From contig CAXBME010000006.1 in the NCBI GenBank assembly GCA_963976765.1, forward strand, positions 124,001 through 188,000: a stretch of DNA of 64,000 bases, read 5' to 3'. Positions 1 to 10,438 of this stretch are shown here, piece after piece. Position 1 is the first letter of the stretch; each line of letters begins with the position of its first letter. The translations under genes were made by a program, and so were the position numbers. The notes under the pieces were generated by a model that worked only from the letters and a program-made list of their open reading frames with translations, had not been told where the DNA came from and searched no databases. The stretch is from an uncultured Planctomycetaceae bacterium (lineage in GTDB: Bacteria > Planctomycetota > Planctomycetia > Planctomycetales > Planctomycetaceae).

Positions 1-126
1 CAAAGACGCAGAGCCGCTAAGAAACGTGAAGAGTTGAACGGGGGGCGCAGTTTGACAGAGAAGCAGATGTTTCGATGTATTTCGGCCAAGCCGTAAAGCT
101 CCTTGGCGACCCTCTGCTACTTTGCG
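1..126. repeat. Interspersed imperfect inverted repeat (REP-like), truncated by window start
   Basis: caaag/gcagag/cgctaag at 1-21 pair with cttggcg/ctctgc/ctttg at ~103-124; same gcagag/cacagag style as elements at 2482 and 43142. Confidence 0.4.
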
Positions 127-176
127 CCCCAGGCTGACAGTTTCCAGGTGACTATTTTCGCAAGGGAATTTGATAA

Positions 177-410
177 ATGTCGGACGTCACCATTCGCTGT
201 CGCAAAGACGGACCTTTGATTGTCACCGGCGATATCACGCTGACTGATTTCGAAGGCAACGCCTACGACACCTCCGGTCGGGAAAACATCGCGCTCTGCC
301 GCTGCGGAGCGACGTCGAAACGCCCGTTCTGCGACGGGACTCATCGTCAAACTGGCTGGGAAGCCTCGGAAATGGTCCAGGACGGCAACTCGACCAGCGA
401 AGGCAGGTAG
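177..410 (+). CDS. CDGSH iron-sulfur domain protein
   Basis: LCRCGATSKRPFCDGTH motif and N-terminal DGPL motif. Confidence 0.9.
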   Translation: MSDVTIRCRKDGPLIVTGDITLTDFEGNAYDTSGRENIALCRCGATSKRPFCDGTHRQTGWEASEMVQDGNSTSEGR

Positions 411-545
411 ACCTTTCCGACACCGTCGCGGCCGGGCAACCTGACCATGCTCGGAGTTTCGCCCGCTCGACGACCTCGCGCGCAGTGCCTAACCTACGCG
501 CCGAACGAAGTCTTCCTAAACGTGGTATTGTCTTGAGAATCGCTC

Positions 546-1142
546 ATGTCTGAAGTCGCGGAAAACAAAGTCGACCTGCCTCGCATTGAACGGGCGGTTC
601 GGGAAATTCTGGAAGCTGTCGGTGAAGATCCGGATCGAGACGGTCTGCTCGAAACGCCCGCTCGCGTTGCCAGAATGTACGCTGAGCTTTTCGGCGGGCT
701 GCATCTGGATCCAGGCCGGCATCTTAAGAAGGTCTTTCAGGAAACGTATGACGAGATGGTTCTCGTCCGGGATATCAGCTTTAACAGCATGTGCGAACAT
801 CACATGCTGCCGTTCATGGGCGTCGCTCATGTGGGCTATGTTCCGAACGGAAAAGTCGCGGGGCTGAGCAAGCTGGCTCGGGTGGTGGAAGAAGTTTCAA
901 AGCGTCCGCAGGTTCAGGAGCGGATGACACATCAGATCGCCGACCTGATGTCGACCGAACTGGATGCCAAAGGCGTGATCGTCGTTCTGGAAGCAACGCA
1001 TTCGTGTATGACGATTCGCGGAATCCGCAAGCCGGGCAGCCTGACGATCACCAGCGCCGTTCGCGGCCTGATGCGAAGCAGCGAGTCGACTCGCTCCGAA
1101 GCGATGTCTCTGATTCAGTCCCGACCTTCCAACCTTCTTTAA
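546..1142 (+). CDS. folE: GTP cyclohydrolase I
   Basis: [38 protein letters not shown] motifs. Confidence 0.97.
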   Translation: MSEVAENKVDLPRIERAVREILEAVGEDPDRDGLLETPARVARMYAELFGGLHLDPGRHLKKVFQETYDEMVLVRDISFNSMCEHHMLPFMGVAHVGYVPNGKVAGLSKLARVVEEVSKRPQVQERMTHQIADLMSTELDAKGVIVVLEATHSCMTIRGIRKPGSLTITSAVRGLMRSSESTRSEAMSLIQSRPSNLL

Positions 1143-1183
1143 CAGCGATTGATCCTCGCAGTCATTCATTGATGGGATGCTTC

Positions 1184-1501
1184 ATGGCTTCGTCTCCGAA
1201 GAATCTACGCGCTGTTCGTGCCGACCGGGTTTTCGAGATTACCTGGCAGGACGGAGTGACAGTTCAGATTCCGTTCCGCTATCTGCGAGGCCGCTGTCCG
1301 TGCGCGGGTTGCGTCAACGAATTCACCAACGAGCGCATGGTCGATGTGCAGGACATTCCCGAAGGCATCGATCTGGAAGCCGCTCAACTGACAGGTAACT
1401 ACGCCTTGAAGATTCGGTGGAACGACCAGCACGACACCGGACTTTACACCTGGGAACACCTTCACGAGTTGTCGACTGCTCGCGAATGGGAACAGGGTTG
1501 A
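1184..1501 (+). CDS. DUF971 / GBBH-like N-terminal domain protein
   Basis: LRGRCPCAGC and GNYALKIRWNDQHDTGLYTW motifs; start at ATG 1184 (or 1172) inside ORF 791..1501. Confidence 0.85.
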   Translation: MASSPKNLRAVRADRVFEITWQDGVTVQIPFRYLRGRCPCAGCVNEFTNERMVDVQDIPEGIDLEAAQLTGNYALKIRWNDQHDTGLYTWEHLHELSTAREWEQG

Positions 1502-1739
1502 CTCGAAAACTAACTGATCGGAGTTCATACTCTGACTTTCGGCAACCACTTGCTGCCGGACTGACCTGCCATCACGACAAGGGAGACTGGATCGGGAATT
1601 GTTCTGTCTGAATTGGCTGAGAGCTTCGCCCGTTAGTTGGGAGGGAGACGCTTTGCCAGCTTTCGGGTACGACTTTTTTTGCTCCGCTTTGGCGTCGTAC
1701 CTGCCTTCTCGACACCCCACCAGATTCAGGAGAACTCTC

Positions 1740-2468
1740 ATGCGGATCCAAACTCTAGCGCTCGCCTGCGCCGTCGCTGCTGCATCAACCATCGTCGTTC
1801 AATCGCAGGATGAAAGAGTTCAAGAGACAAAAGAGACCGCGCCCGCTGCAGCGAAGTCTGAGATGACGATGAAAGAACAGGCGAGCTATGGCCTCGGCGT
1901 GAACATCGGCACGAGCCTCAAGAACCAGGGAATTGGAGCTGCCGACCTTGAAACGAAGCTCATCGCACGAGGCATCTTTGATATTCTGTCGGACAAAGAA
2001 TCAGCACTGAATGAAGACGAACTCGCCGCAGCGATGACCGAATTGCGGAGGATCATCAAGTTCAATCTGTCCGCTCCGGGGCAGGAGTTTCTGGCTGCCA
2101 ACGGCAAGAAACCGGGCGTCAAGACAACGAAAACCGGACTTCAGTATGAAATCATCCGCTCCGGTAATGGCCCGACACCGACGAAAGCTGACACCGTCAC
2201 GACGCACTACAAAGGGCAGTTAATTACCGGTGAAATTTTCGACGGTTCGTATCGCGGCGAAGCCCCAACACCAGACGATCAGCCGGTCAGCTTTTCAGTC
2301 GGAGGTGTGATTGCAGGCTGGACCGAAGCGTTGCAACTGATGAAAGTCGGTGACAAATGGCGACTGTTTATTCCTTACGAACTTGCTTACGGCGAACGTG
2401 GAACCGGTCGCGACATTGGGCCGTTCGCGACGTTGATTTTTGAAATCGAGCTGATTGCGATCAAGTAA
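1740..2468 (+). CDS. FKBP-type peptidyl-prolyl cis-trans isomerase, secreted (FkpA/Mip-like)
   Basis: Signal peptide, SYGLG N-domain, TGLQY, VIAGWTEAL, IPYELAYG, TLIFEIEL; AGGAG before ATG 1740. Confidence 0.93.
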   Translation: MRIQTLALACAVAAASTIVVQSQDERVQETKETAPAAAKSEMTMKEQASYGLGVNIGTSLKNQGIGAADLETKLIARGIFDILSDKESALNEDELAAAMTELRRIIKFNLSAPGQEFLAANGKKPGVKTTKTGLQYEIIRSGNGPTPTKADTVTTHYKGQLITGEIFDGSYRGEAPTPDDQPVSFSVGGVIAGWTEALQLMKVGDKWRLFIPYELAYGERGTGRDIGPFATLIFEIELIAIK

Positions 2469-2481
2469 TTGCCGAAGAACG

Positions 2482-2565
2482 GAACGCAGAGTTCGGAGAG
2501 GACTCGCTGAGATACAGAGAGCTCTCCTTAATTCCGGGCGTCATTCCTTTGCGGCCTCTGCGTTC
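2482..2565. repeat. Imperfect inverted repeat between convergent genes (REP-like / bidirectional terminator)
   Basis: gaacgcagag 2482-2491 is the exact reverse complement of ctctgcgttc 2556-2565. Confidence 0.55.
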
Positions 2566-2569
2566 AAGT

Positions 2570-3631
2570 TCACGCCAGAGAAGTGGGCCTCTCGAAGAGG
2601 TAATGCGAGACCCACCACTCATTGCCGTCGTTAAAATCGAAGAGTTCGGCGCACGACATGAAGAACATCCGCCAGCGCATGAACCAGCGGCGGGCGGCGG
2701 CTTTGCCATACGTTTCTTCGAAGACCGGCATGAGTTGACCGCGAGCAGCGTCTTGGCGTGCGAGCCAGGCGTTGCTTGTCTTGCCATAGTGTCGACCGTT
2801 CCATCGCCACTGGTCGACAATCTGCAAATCCGACTGGTAGTGGTAGAAAAGGTCGTCGCTCGGCATCGTGCCACCCGAGAAAAAATAGCGGCCCATCCAG
2901 TTGGACGCTCCGTCTGATTCGAAAACGTACGGCGTCCGTTTGTGGCAGAAGATGTGGACGAACAGGCGACCTCCGGGAACAAGCCATCCAGCGACTCGTG
3001 AAAGCAGCAGTTCGTAGTTCCGCATGTGCTCGAACATTTCGATCGAGACAACGCGGTCGAATGTGTCGTCCGTCGAAAAGTCATTCATGTCCGCCGTGAC
3101 AACTTGCAGGTTGGCCAGACCTCGCTGCTCGGCGCGCGACATGATGAACTCGCGCTGCGACGCCGAGTTCGACACCGACATGATCCGGCTCTCGGGATAC
3201 TTCTCCGCCATCCATAACGAGAGCGATCCCCAGCCGCAGCCGAGTTCCAGAACTCGCTGGCCGTTGCTCAGGCCAGCTCGCTGACAGGTGACATCCAGCG
3301 CGCAATCTTCTGCCTGATCGAGCGTTGTGATTCCGTCGTCGAAACAGCAGCAACTGTATTTCAACCGGTGGCCGAGTGTCGTTTCGAAGAATGCCGCAGG
3401 AACTTCGTAATGCTGCTCGTTGGCTTTTTCCGGAAGGAAGGCGACCGGGCCTTTCTTCGTGTTCTGGACGAACTCCTGGAACGCTCGTGCGTGCTCTTCG
3501 CAGTTTCCTGATTCCTGATTCCTGAGTCGCTGTCGAAGCAGCTTGCGAATACCGGCCCGGACAAGCTGATCGGGGACAAGTCCGCGCTCGATGGCCTCAA
3601 TGGCGAATCCTGCAAACGATTCTCCTGACAC
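2570..3631 (-). CDS. SAM-dependent methyltransferase, cyclopropane-fatty-acyl synthase / CNMT-like
   Basis: ANEQHYEVP, LKYSCC, VLELGCGWGSL, VSIEMFEHMRNY motifs. Confidence 0.9.
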   Translation of the reverse strand: MSGESFAGFAIEAIERGLVPDQLVRAGIRKLLRQRLRNQESGNCEEHARAFQEFVQNTKKGPVAFLPEKANEQHYEVPAAFFETTLGHRLKYSCCCFDDGITTLDQAEDCALDVTCQRAGLSNGQRVLELGCGWGSLSLWMAEKYPESRIMSVSNSASQREFIMSRAEQRGLANLQVVTADMNDFSTDDTFDRVVSIEMFEHMRNYELLLSRVAGWLVPGGRLFVHIFCHKRTPYVFESDGASNWMGRYFFSGGTMPSDDLFYHYQSDLQIVDQWRWNGRHYGKTSNAWLARQDAARGQLMPVFEETYGKAAARRWFMRWRMFFMSCAELFDFNDGNEWWVSHYLFERPTSLA

Positions 3632-3681
3632 AACGGTTCCTTCCGTGGTTCAAATCCAAAGATCGCCCGGACAGCCGCTGG

Positions 3682-5022
3682 CTATCCGTGGCTGTCGTCG
3701 TTACTCCGCGACTGTTCCGTGCTGCCTGTCTTGCTGGAAATATGCGTGCTGCGAATGCGCCCTCGATGAGCGTGCAGGCCAACGACCAGCAGGTCGATGG
3801 CTTTCCCCATCTCACTCATCGCTCGACGGGTCTGTTTTCTGGCGACCGCTTCACGGGCCGCTGAGATCGAACTTGCGTGCGACGGCCAGTCGATATCCCA
3901 GTTCTCTTCGTTGGCGATGCGGTGCAGTTCCCGCTCAATTTTGGCGAGCCCCGACATGAACTCCTTCGTCGTACGAGCGCTGGCCATCGTGTAGGTCTGT
4001 GCGTGAATTGTCGAGTCTGAAGAACTCGAGTCGTCTGATTGGCGGCCGGCCATCCACTGCCCGATCAGAACAATAAAGCTGATAAAGCCAGCGCCCGAGA
4101 CGATGCTTCCGGCCAGGTAGCGCTGCGTGAAGAGCAGGACCGCTCCGATCCCCAACACGACGATCGTCACCCAGAAGGCCAGCGTCCAGAAGGGGCTCAT
4201 TGCTGATGAACGTTTACGGCGGACGGCAACCGGCGTTTCCGGGTCCGGTTCTTTCGAAACAGCTTCTTTGCTGGCTTCGGCGACGACGACCGTGATGTTG
4301 TCAGAGCCGCCTCGAAGATTCGCCAGGTTGACGAGCAGTTTCGACGATTCCTCAATCGGCAGTTCGCGGACGATCATGCCGATTTCGGGATCTTTAAGAT
4401 GTCCGGTCAGACCATCCGAGCAAAGCACAAAGCGGTCGCCCGGCAGCACCGGATGCGGGCCGTTAATGTCGACTTTAACCGACGGTTCAGGCCCCAGCGA
4501 TCTGGTGATGACGTGTTTGGCTTCGGGAAGAAACACGTCGCCCGGTTTCAAACGACCGGCACGTTGCAGCTCCCAATGGAGACTATGGTCGAAGGTCAAC
4601 TGTTCAATGCGGTCGTCGCGGATTCGATAAATCCGACTATCGCCAACGTGACCGGTGATCGCTCCATGCGGAGACAGCACCAGGGCGACGCATGTCGTGC
4701 CCATTCGTTTGAATTCTTCGTTCTGCGTACCTCGCTCGTTAATCGCGGCATTAGCATTTTCGATCGCTTCGAGCAGCGCCTTCTGAGTGTCCTCAGCCCG
4801 ACTCTTGAAAAACGTCAGAGGAATCGTGTCGACGGCGATCTTGCTGGCGAGTTCGCCCACCGCGTGGCCGCCCATTCCGTCGGCGACAATGAAGAGGTGT
4901 CCGTATTGACTCCAGGTTTCGAGATCGCCACACAATTGCACAGAAGCCGAATCCTGGTTGTTCTTTCGGCGCATGCCGATATCGCTGATCGTTGCGTACT
5001 GGACTTTCTGTTCCCAGCGCAT
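3682..5022 (-). CDS. PP2C-family Ser/Thr protein phosphatase, membrane-anchored
   Basis: RKNNQD, VADGMGGH, HVGDSR, LCSDGL, GSDNIT motifs; two TM segments. Confidence 0.93.
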   Translation of the reverse strand: MRWEQKVQYATISDIGMRRKNNQDSASVQLCGDLETWSQYGHLFIVADGMGGHAVGELASKIAVDTIPLTFFKSRAEDTQKALLEAIENANAAINERGTQNEEFKRMGTTCVALVLSPHGAITGHVGDSRIYRIRDDRIEQLTFDHSLHWELQRAGRLKPGDVFLPEAKHVITRSLGPEPSVKVDINGPHPVLPGDRFVLCSDGLTGHLKDPEIGMIVRELPIEESSKLLVNLANLRGGSDNITVVVAEASKEAVSKEPDPETPVAVRRKRSSAMSPFWTLAFWVTIVVLGIGAVLLFTQRYLAGSIVSGAGFISFIVLIGQWMAGRQSDDSSSSDSTIHAQTYTMASARTTKEFMSGLAKIERELHRIANEENWDIDWPSHASSISAAREAVARKQTRRAMSEMGKAIDLLVVGLHAHRGRIRSTHISSKTGSTEQSRSNDDSHG

Positions 5023-5279
5023 CGGGGTTTCCCGTCGAGACTCGCAGTAATTCGCGCTGCTGCGAGAAATCGTTCAATAAAAAAAGGCGTGGCCCGGTTG
5101 TCTGTCGAGCCTGAGTAATTTCGTCGGTATTCGGAGAGTGAGTTTTGCTGACCTGACCTGCCAACCGCAAGTCCGTGCCGATTTGAATACGGTCCGAAAC
5201 GAGCAGCCTGCTGCATCAAACCCGTCAAACGCGACACTCGTGGCAGGTGACGTCGGCTTTCCGACGTCTCGAATTTACG

Positions 5280-7082
5280 TCACGCATCGAAGTGTCGGCT
5301 AAGCAGTCGGATTCGATTGACCTGGTGTGAGATAACAACGCCAATTACGACGAGAATCGCCGCAAAAATCAGCGGATAGTGCCAGGGAGTCGCTTCGATC
5401 GGTCGCATGTAAAGGAAAAGTGCGTATGACATCAACGAAACACTGGTCATAAACAGAACGAGCGATTCCTGGATAAACAGTCCGGACGCGGCGATCAGCA
5501 ACGGATAAACGACCAGCAGCGGCCCCGCCGGGTTAGCAGCCAGCACCAGCATCTTCGTAAGAAAGACCGCATCGGACGCCAGCCAGATGAATCGCGAAGC
5601 GTTTGCCAGTTGCGTGCTGCGCTGGAGTTTCTGAAACATGAACGCCGTGACCGCCCAGAACGCCAGCAACTGGAAAAACACGTCGCGAACGCCGGGCGTG
5701 AGTTCGCCGGTCAGGTACGACACTTCCAGAATCGCCGCTCCGCAGACAATCGCTGACCAGCGTGAAGCCAGCGCCGGTTCACGGCGCATCCAGCGGCGAA
5801 GTCGGTGATAGATTCCGCGAGGACCGGCAGTGACAGGATCGCCTTTCAGGAATCGATCCAGATCGTCAGCCAGCGCGGCAGCGGATTCGTAACGCTGAGT
5901 GGGATCCTTATCGAGACATCGCAGGCAGATTGATTCGAGTTCTCGCGGGATGTCCCGGTTGTGGTAGCGAGGAACTTCCGGGTCGGACTCGATAACCCGC
6001 ACCAGAGTCTCCATCGCGTTGCAGCCTTTGTTCGGCAGTTGGCCGGTCAGAGCTTCATAAAGGATCACACCCAGACTGTAGATATCGCTGGCTGGTCCAA
6101 CTTCGTCGAGTCGTCCGGCGGCCTGTTCGGGAGACATGTAGTTCGGTGTGCCGACGATTGTTCCGCTGTCTGTCCGATCGTCGCCGTTCTGTTTTTCGCC
6201 TGGCGAGACGACTCGCGCGAGGCCGAAGTCGGTCACTCTGGGCTGGCCGGACTCATCAATGAGAATGTTCGACGGTTTCAGGTCACGATGAATGATTCCG
6301 TGAGCGTGCAGGTAGTCGGTCGCGCGGGCGACGTCGCGAATCAGCCGAGCAGTCTGCTCGAAAGTCAGCTGCTCACCGGGACGCAGCTTTCGCGAAGACG
6401 AGCCTCTTTCGACAGTGGAACTTTTGTCGGCTGGTTCAGAGGCGGTCGCGACGTTTGCCGGTGGAGTCGTCGATCGAGTTTCCAGAGTCGAATGCGCCGG
6501 CCCCGCAGCCAGCAGCGCTTTCAGGTCAACACCGTTGACGCAGTCCATCGAGAAAAAGTGCTGCCCGTGAACCTCGCCAACTTCGTGAATGCCAACAATG
6601 TTCGGGTGGCTCAATCGTCCGGCCGCCTGAGCTTCCTGATAGAAGCGTCGAATGTGATCCTGCGAAGCCAGTCGGTTCACGAGGATCATCTTGATCGCGA
6701 CGACGCGGTCAAGGTCCGTCTGTCGTGCTCGGAAGACGACGCCCATACCTCCGCGACCGAGTTCTTCCAGCAGCTCGAACCGACCGAATTGCCGAATGAT
6801 CGGAGACTCGTCTGCAGTAGCCGTACCGTCGTCGGGAAATACCTCAAGCAACGTCGCCGCGAATTCAATATCCGGCGTCATCCGGTCGAGCGATTCGATT
6901 GGCTCGACGAAATTCTTCAACTCTGGATGCGCTGCGAGCAGCTCGTGCTGCCGGGGACCGTCGTTTCGATGAACTGCAGAAACGTACTCATCGAGCACTT
7001 CGGCCAGTTGACTCTCCAGCTCGTCGATCGGGATCTCATCCATGTCCTGCGTGTCTGTCATGAAAGCCGGCTCGTGTTTCAC
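5280..7082 (-). CDS. Hanks-type Ser/Thr protein kinase with multi-TM C-terminus
   Basis: GRGGMG, VAIK, HRDLKPSN, DFG, GTPNYMSPE; several hydrophobic helices at C-terminus; start uncertain (GTG 7082 or ATG 7061). Confidence 0.93.
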   Translation of the reverse strand: MKHEPAFMTDTQDMDEIPIDELESQLAEVLDEYVSAVHRNDGPRQHELLAAHPELKNFVEPIESLDRMTPDIEFAATLLEVFPDDGTATADESPIIRQFGRFELLEELGRGGMGVVFRARQTDLDRVVAIKMILVNRLASQDHIRRFYQEAQAAGRLSHPNIVGIHEVGEVHGQHFFSMDCVNGVDLKALLAAGPAHSTLETRSTTPPANVATASEPADKSSTVERGSSSRKLRPGEQLTFEQTARLIRDVARATDYLHAHGIIHRDLKPSNILIDESGQPRVTDFGLARVVSPGEKQNGDDRTDSGTIVGTPNYMSPEQAAGRLDEVGPASDIYSLGVILYEALTGQLPNKGCNAMETLVRVIESDPEVPRYHNRDIPRELESICLRCLDKDPTQRYESAAALADDLDRFLKGDPVTAGPRGIYHRLRRWMRREPALASRWSAIVCGAAILEVSYLTGELTPGVRDVFFQLLAFWAVTAFMFQKLQRSTQLANASRFIWLASDAVFLTKMLVLAANPAGPLLVVYPLLIAASGLFIQESLVLFMTSVSLMSYALFLYMRPIEATPWHYPLIFAAILVVIGVVISHQVNRIRLLSRHFDA

Positions 7083-7145
7083 CGTGGAATCAAATGACCG
7101 ATCGCCATGCTGGCAGGACGATTGAACTTCATCAAACCAGTGAAG

Positions 7146-8864
7146 TTACCTGGTCGGTGGCAAAGAGAAGCTCACGTACTGAAACCCGTCTGCCGTAGGA
7201 GCTGCCCAGGTCGCCGTGGAAAGAAAGTGATGCTGAATTCTGTCGAACGTCGGCAGCAGTTTCAGGTCGATGCCCGCGGGAACAGCGGCGCTGCCCTGTT
7301 TAAGAATTCCGTAGGCAACTTCCAGTTGATTGACCGGCCGTTGAATCGCGAACAGCGATCTCGTCGCGGGAATGCTGGCTGACAACTGTCGATAATGAGC
7401 GGACTCGATAAGGCGATCTCCGCCGACCGCGTTGATCACATTGTCCAGCAGAAAAGTGTCGTTACTGACCAGCAGCGTTCCGTGAGCAACGGCCAGATGT
7501 GTTGACGATTTCTTTCCGTCAAAGACGGCAACCGTCGTTGTGCCGACCGTTCGGCTGCCGGCTTTTGAGCCAGGCTGATCGATGAGTTGCCGGACGATGC
7601 CCTCAAACTTCTTCGGATCTTTCAGATTGACCGCCAGCAGTGTCGCGTTTTTGCGGGCAACACTGGCTCCGGTTTTGCCTTGCAGGATCATGACTTCGCC
7701 GGTGATGCCGTCGAGGATATCGTTCTTCAGATGAATGGGCGGATCGGTCTTTGTGGAAAGAACTTGCAGAGCGTTGACCAGACCGCCGGGGCCGAGAAAT
7801 TCGTCGGCCATCTCTTCAGCGCCGGAGTAAGCAGTCTGGGCGTCCCAGTTCAGCATCATGAAACTGTCGACGTCATTCGGAACCCATTCAGGCGGCGTTA
7901 ATTTTGCGGGAGGAAACTGAACCAGTGCCATCGCGGCGCTGACTGGCTGCTTCACGACACCCGCTATCCGAGTCACGGTGTCGTGTACTCCGGTGGCGAA
8001 GTCGATCGTGCCGCCGACTCCGCGAAACGAAGTCAGGCCAAGTTTTGGCAATCGTGACAACGCCATTGAGGCTGTCGGGTTGCTGGCCGCTCCCTGCGAA
8101 AGAAGGCTGACAGCCGCTCCGACCGGGTCGAGATACCAGAACAACGCCGGTTCGCGTCCCGGTTTCATGGTCACCTGCTGAATCTGGTTGAGTGTTGAGT
8201 TAGCAGCAAAGGCGCCTTGAACGGATCCGCTCCAGCGATCGAGAACCTGTTTCAACGTTTCGACCGAGTTTCCGACGACAACGAAACCGTCCCGTTGAAA
8301 GACGGCTCTTACGTTACCGGTCGATGTATCGCCAGCTGCCGCGTCGGTACCACCTGCCAGCACGGTGATCGATGTGCCGGCATGTTCGACGACGAACTTT
8401 GCCCAGCCCTGACTTTCAGACGCGTTGACCGACTCTGACACGAGTTTCGAAATCGTGTCTGCGGCTCCGGCGGCGTTCACGCTGAAGACAACGGGCAGGT
8501 TTCCATCGATCGGCTTGAGTACTGTGAGCGTGATCTCGCCGACGTTCAGGTTGAGCAGGTCTTCGGCAGAAACTCCGTCAGGGAGCCGGATGCTTGCATC
8601 AATCGATGCTCGAATCTCGCCGACGAGGTTAGCGCGAAAGTCGGCGACCAGTGGGTCATTCAGCAGCCGTCCCCATGAGCAGTTGGGCAGTCGCTCGCGG
8701 AGCACTTGCGCGTCAGGAATGGCGACGTGAGCAGCGACACTGTCTGGAAGTCGCCGTGAAAATGCAGGAGCCTCATCAGCGTTGGCGAGGCTCGAACCAA
8801 TGGCCGAAACGAAAATGAGTGTCGACAAAAAAGCGACCACTCGTGACACATGTTGAAATTTCAT
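7146..8864 (-). CDS. Secreted hypothetical protein (possibly DUF3352-like)
   Basis: Long ORF, Sec signal ending ANA, GGAG upstream of ATG 8864; family assignment tentative. Confidence 0.7.
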   Translation of the reverse strand: MKFQHVSRVVAFLSTLIFVSAIGSSLANADEAPAFSRRLPDSVAAHVAIPDAQVLRERLPNCSWGRLLNDPLVADFRANLVGEIRASIDASIRLPDGVSAEDLLNLNVGEITLTVLKPIDGNLPVVFSVNAAGAADTISKLVSESVNASESQGWAKFVVEHAGTSITVLAGGTDAAAGDTSTGNVRAVFQRDGFVVVGNSVETLKQVLDRWSGSVQGAFAANSTLNQIQQVTMKPGREPALFWYLDPVGAAVSLLSQGAASNPTASMALSRLPKLGLTSFRGVGGTIDFATGVHDTVTRIAGVVKQPVSAAMALVQFPPAKLTPPEWVPNDVDSFMMLNWDAQTAYSGAEEMADEFLGPGGLVNALQVLSTKTDPPIHLKNDILDGITGEVMILQGKTGASVARKNATLLAVNLKDPKKFEGIVRQLIDQPGSKAGSRTVGTTTVAVFDGKKSSTHLAVAHGTLLVSNDTFLLDNVINAVGGDRLIESAHYRQLSASIPATRSLFAIQRPVNQLEVAYGILKQGSAAVPAGIDLKLLPTFDRIQHHFLSTATWAAPTADGFQYVSFSLPPTR

Positions 8865-8982
8865 TGCCAAACAGCTCCTCATCCTTATCGGAGCCCGAAG
8901 AGTTTATCGGGCACTCGGCCAAATCCGTTCTGCCGGAAACCAACGGCCATCCTGCCATCGGGTGCCAGATTCAGCTCCATGT

Positions 8983-10089
8983 TTAGCCGTTTCGGTAAAC
9001 ACTGTGGCAGGCGGTGCATGATTGACTGATCTTTGATCTTGCCTGGTCGAATTCGTTGAACGCTTTTGCCGGCACGGCTTTGTGCATCGTTTTGGCCGCA
9101 TCTCTCATGCCGTCGGCCCATTCGACGAAGTCTTCGTACTCTGCATAGCCGAAGCCTTCTGATTTGAAGGATTCGCTGATGGCAGCAAAGACGCTGACTT
9201 CTCGCTGAGCCAGTGTCCCTTTCTCGTTCAAACTGTCTTCGCTTCCGGTGTTATTCTTCAGCCAGTTTTCGCCGCGTTCAAGTCGTTTCATCAGATAGCC
9301 CATTTCAACGAAGTCAACAAAGTCGGCTTCGACTTCAACTTCCGGAAGCTCGGCTGGTTCGTTGTTGTTAAGGATCTCCGTAATCTTCAGAAACGCCTCG
9401 TTAACCTCGTCGTACGACTTTTTCACACCGCCCGTCGAACTGCTGGCAATGTCGGACATGGTGATCGCCAGCGCCCGAATGAAGTGAGCTTTTTCTTTCC
9501 ATTTGATGTCGCCATCGTGTCGACGAGCGACGTCCGCGAGAAATGCCAGGGTCGAGCTGAAGACCGGCACTTCCAGCATCGCCCGTTTGTAGGCTCCGAA
9601 GTTTGCCATGCGGGCATTCAGGTCGTTGCGGATCGACTGGACTTCGTCGAGTAACTCCTGAGCGGAAATCAGCTCAGACCATTTCGGCCCGTCAGCACTG
9701 GCGACGACGGGTTCCGGTTCCGGCTCGGTTGCTGGGGGCGACGTCGCGTTGCCTTCGGTTTTCATAGCCACTTCGGTGCCGACCGGTCCGGTCACGCCAC
9801 CGCCCACGAGTCGCTGGTCAGAAGCCTCTGCCAGCGGATTGTCGAAGTACACGTCAAAGGGAATTCCGCCGACATTTCGGCGACCGTCGTCTTCGTCCTC
9901 TTTGGCTATGGATGTTTTCGTCGAGCCGCCGGATGCTGGTTTGCTCTTTGGCGATTCCGTCTGCGGCGAGCTGGCGGTTTCAGATTTTTTCGTGTCGCCA
10001 CCGCCACAGCCGGGGAAGGCGATCAGCATCGTCACCAGCGAAAGAGCGACGCCGTATTTTGAGATTACTCGACCGAACGGGCCCATCAT
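8983..10089 (-). CDS. Lipoprotein with C-terminal cytochrome c'-like heme-binding domain
   Basis: Lipobox-like FPGC, terminal CTACH (CxxCH) after helical region; GGAGA before ATG 10089. Confidence 0.7.
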   Translation of the reverse strand: MMGPFGRVISKYGVALSLVTMLIAFPGCGGGDTKKSETASSPQTESPKSKPASGGSTKTSIAKEDEDDGRRNVGGIPFDVYFDNPLAEASDQRLVGGGVTGPVGTEVAMKTEGNATSPPATEPEPEPVVASADGPKWSELISAQELLDEVQSIRNDLNARMANFGAYKRAMLEVPVFSSTLAFLADVARRHDGDIKWKEKAHFIRALAITMSDIASSSTGGVKKSYDEVNEAFLKITEILNNNEPAELPEVEVEADFVDFVEMGYLMKRLERGENWLKNNTGSEDSLNEKGTLAQREVSVFAAISESFKSEGFGYAEYEDFVEWADGMRDAAKTMHKAVPAKAFNEFDQARSKISQSCTACHSVYRNG

Positions 10090-10438
10090 GAGGATTCTCC
10101 GAAAGTTCATCCGCGATTGCAGAGCGAGTGTCTGCGAAATCGTAAGCGTCACTGGCGTTGAGAAAGTCGCATCGAAAACCGCGAACAACGTTCACGGTGG
10201 CGGGTGTGAACAAATCGGCAATCCGCGAATCCAGACGACAATTCAGCAACGCTGAAAACGATTATGGAAGCGGACGCCGACTCTTGCAACGGGCAGTTCC
10301 TGTTTCAAAACAAGTCCGCCGAGCATCCGTAACCGCTTCGGTGGACTGTATCTTTGGACTTTGCAAGACTTCCCGTTCGATTTGTGGATTCGCGAAAACT
10401 CACTCCTCGGCGGCATTCAAACAGGCTGGACTCACGAT

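Noticed and set aside
5961..7097. Long antisense ORFs (also 29555-30577, 49494-50378, 52583-53503, 14366-15121)
   Set aside because: Shadow frames opposite well-supported genes in GC-rich DNA, with no motifs
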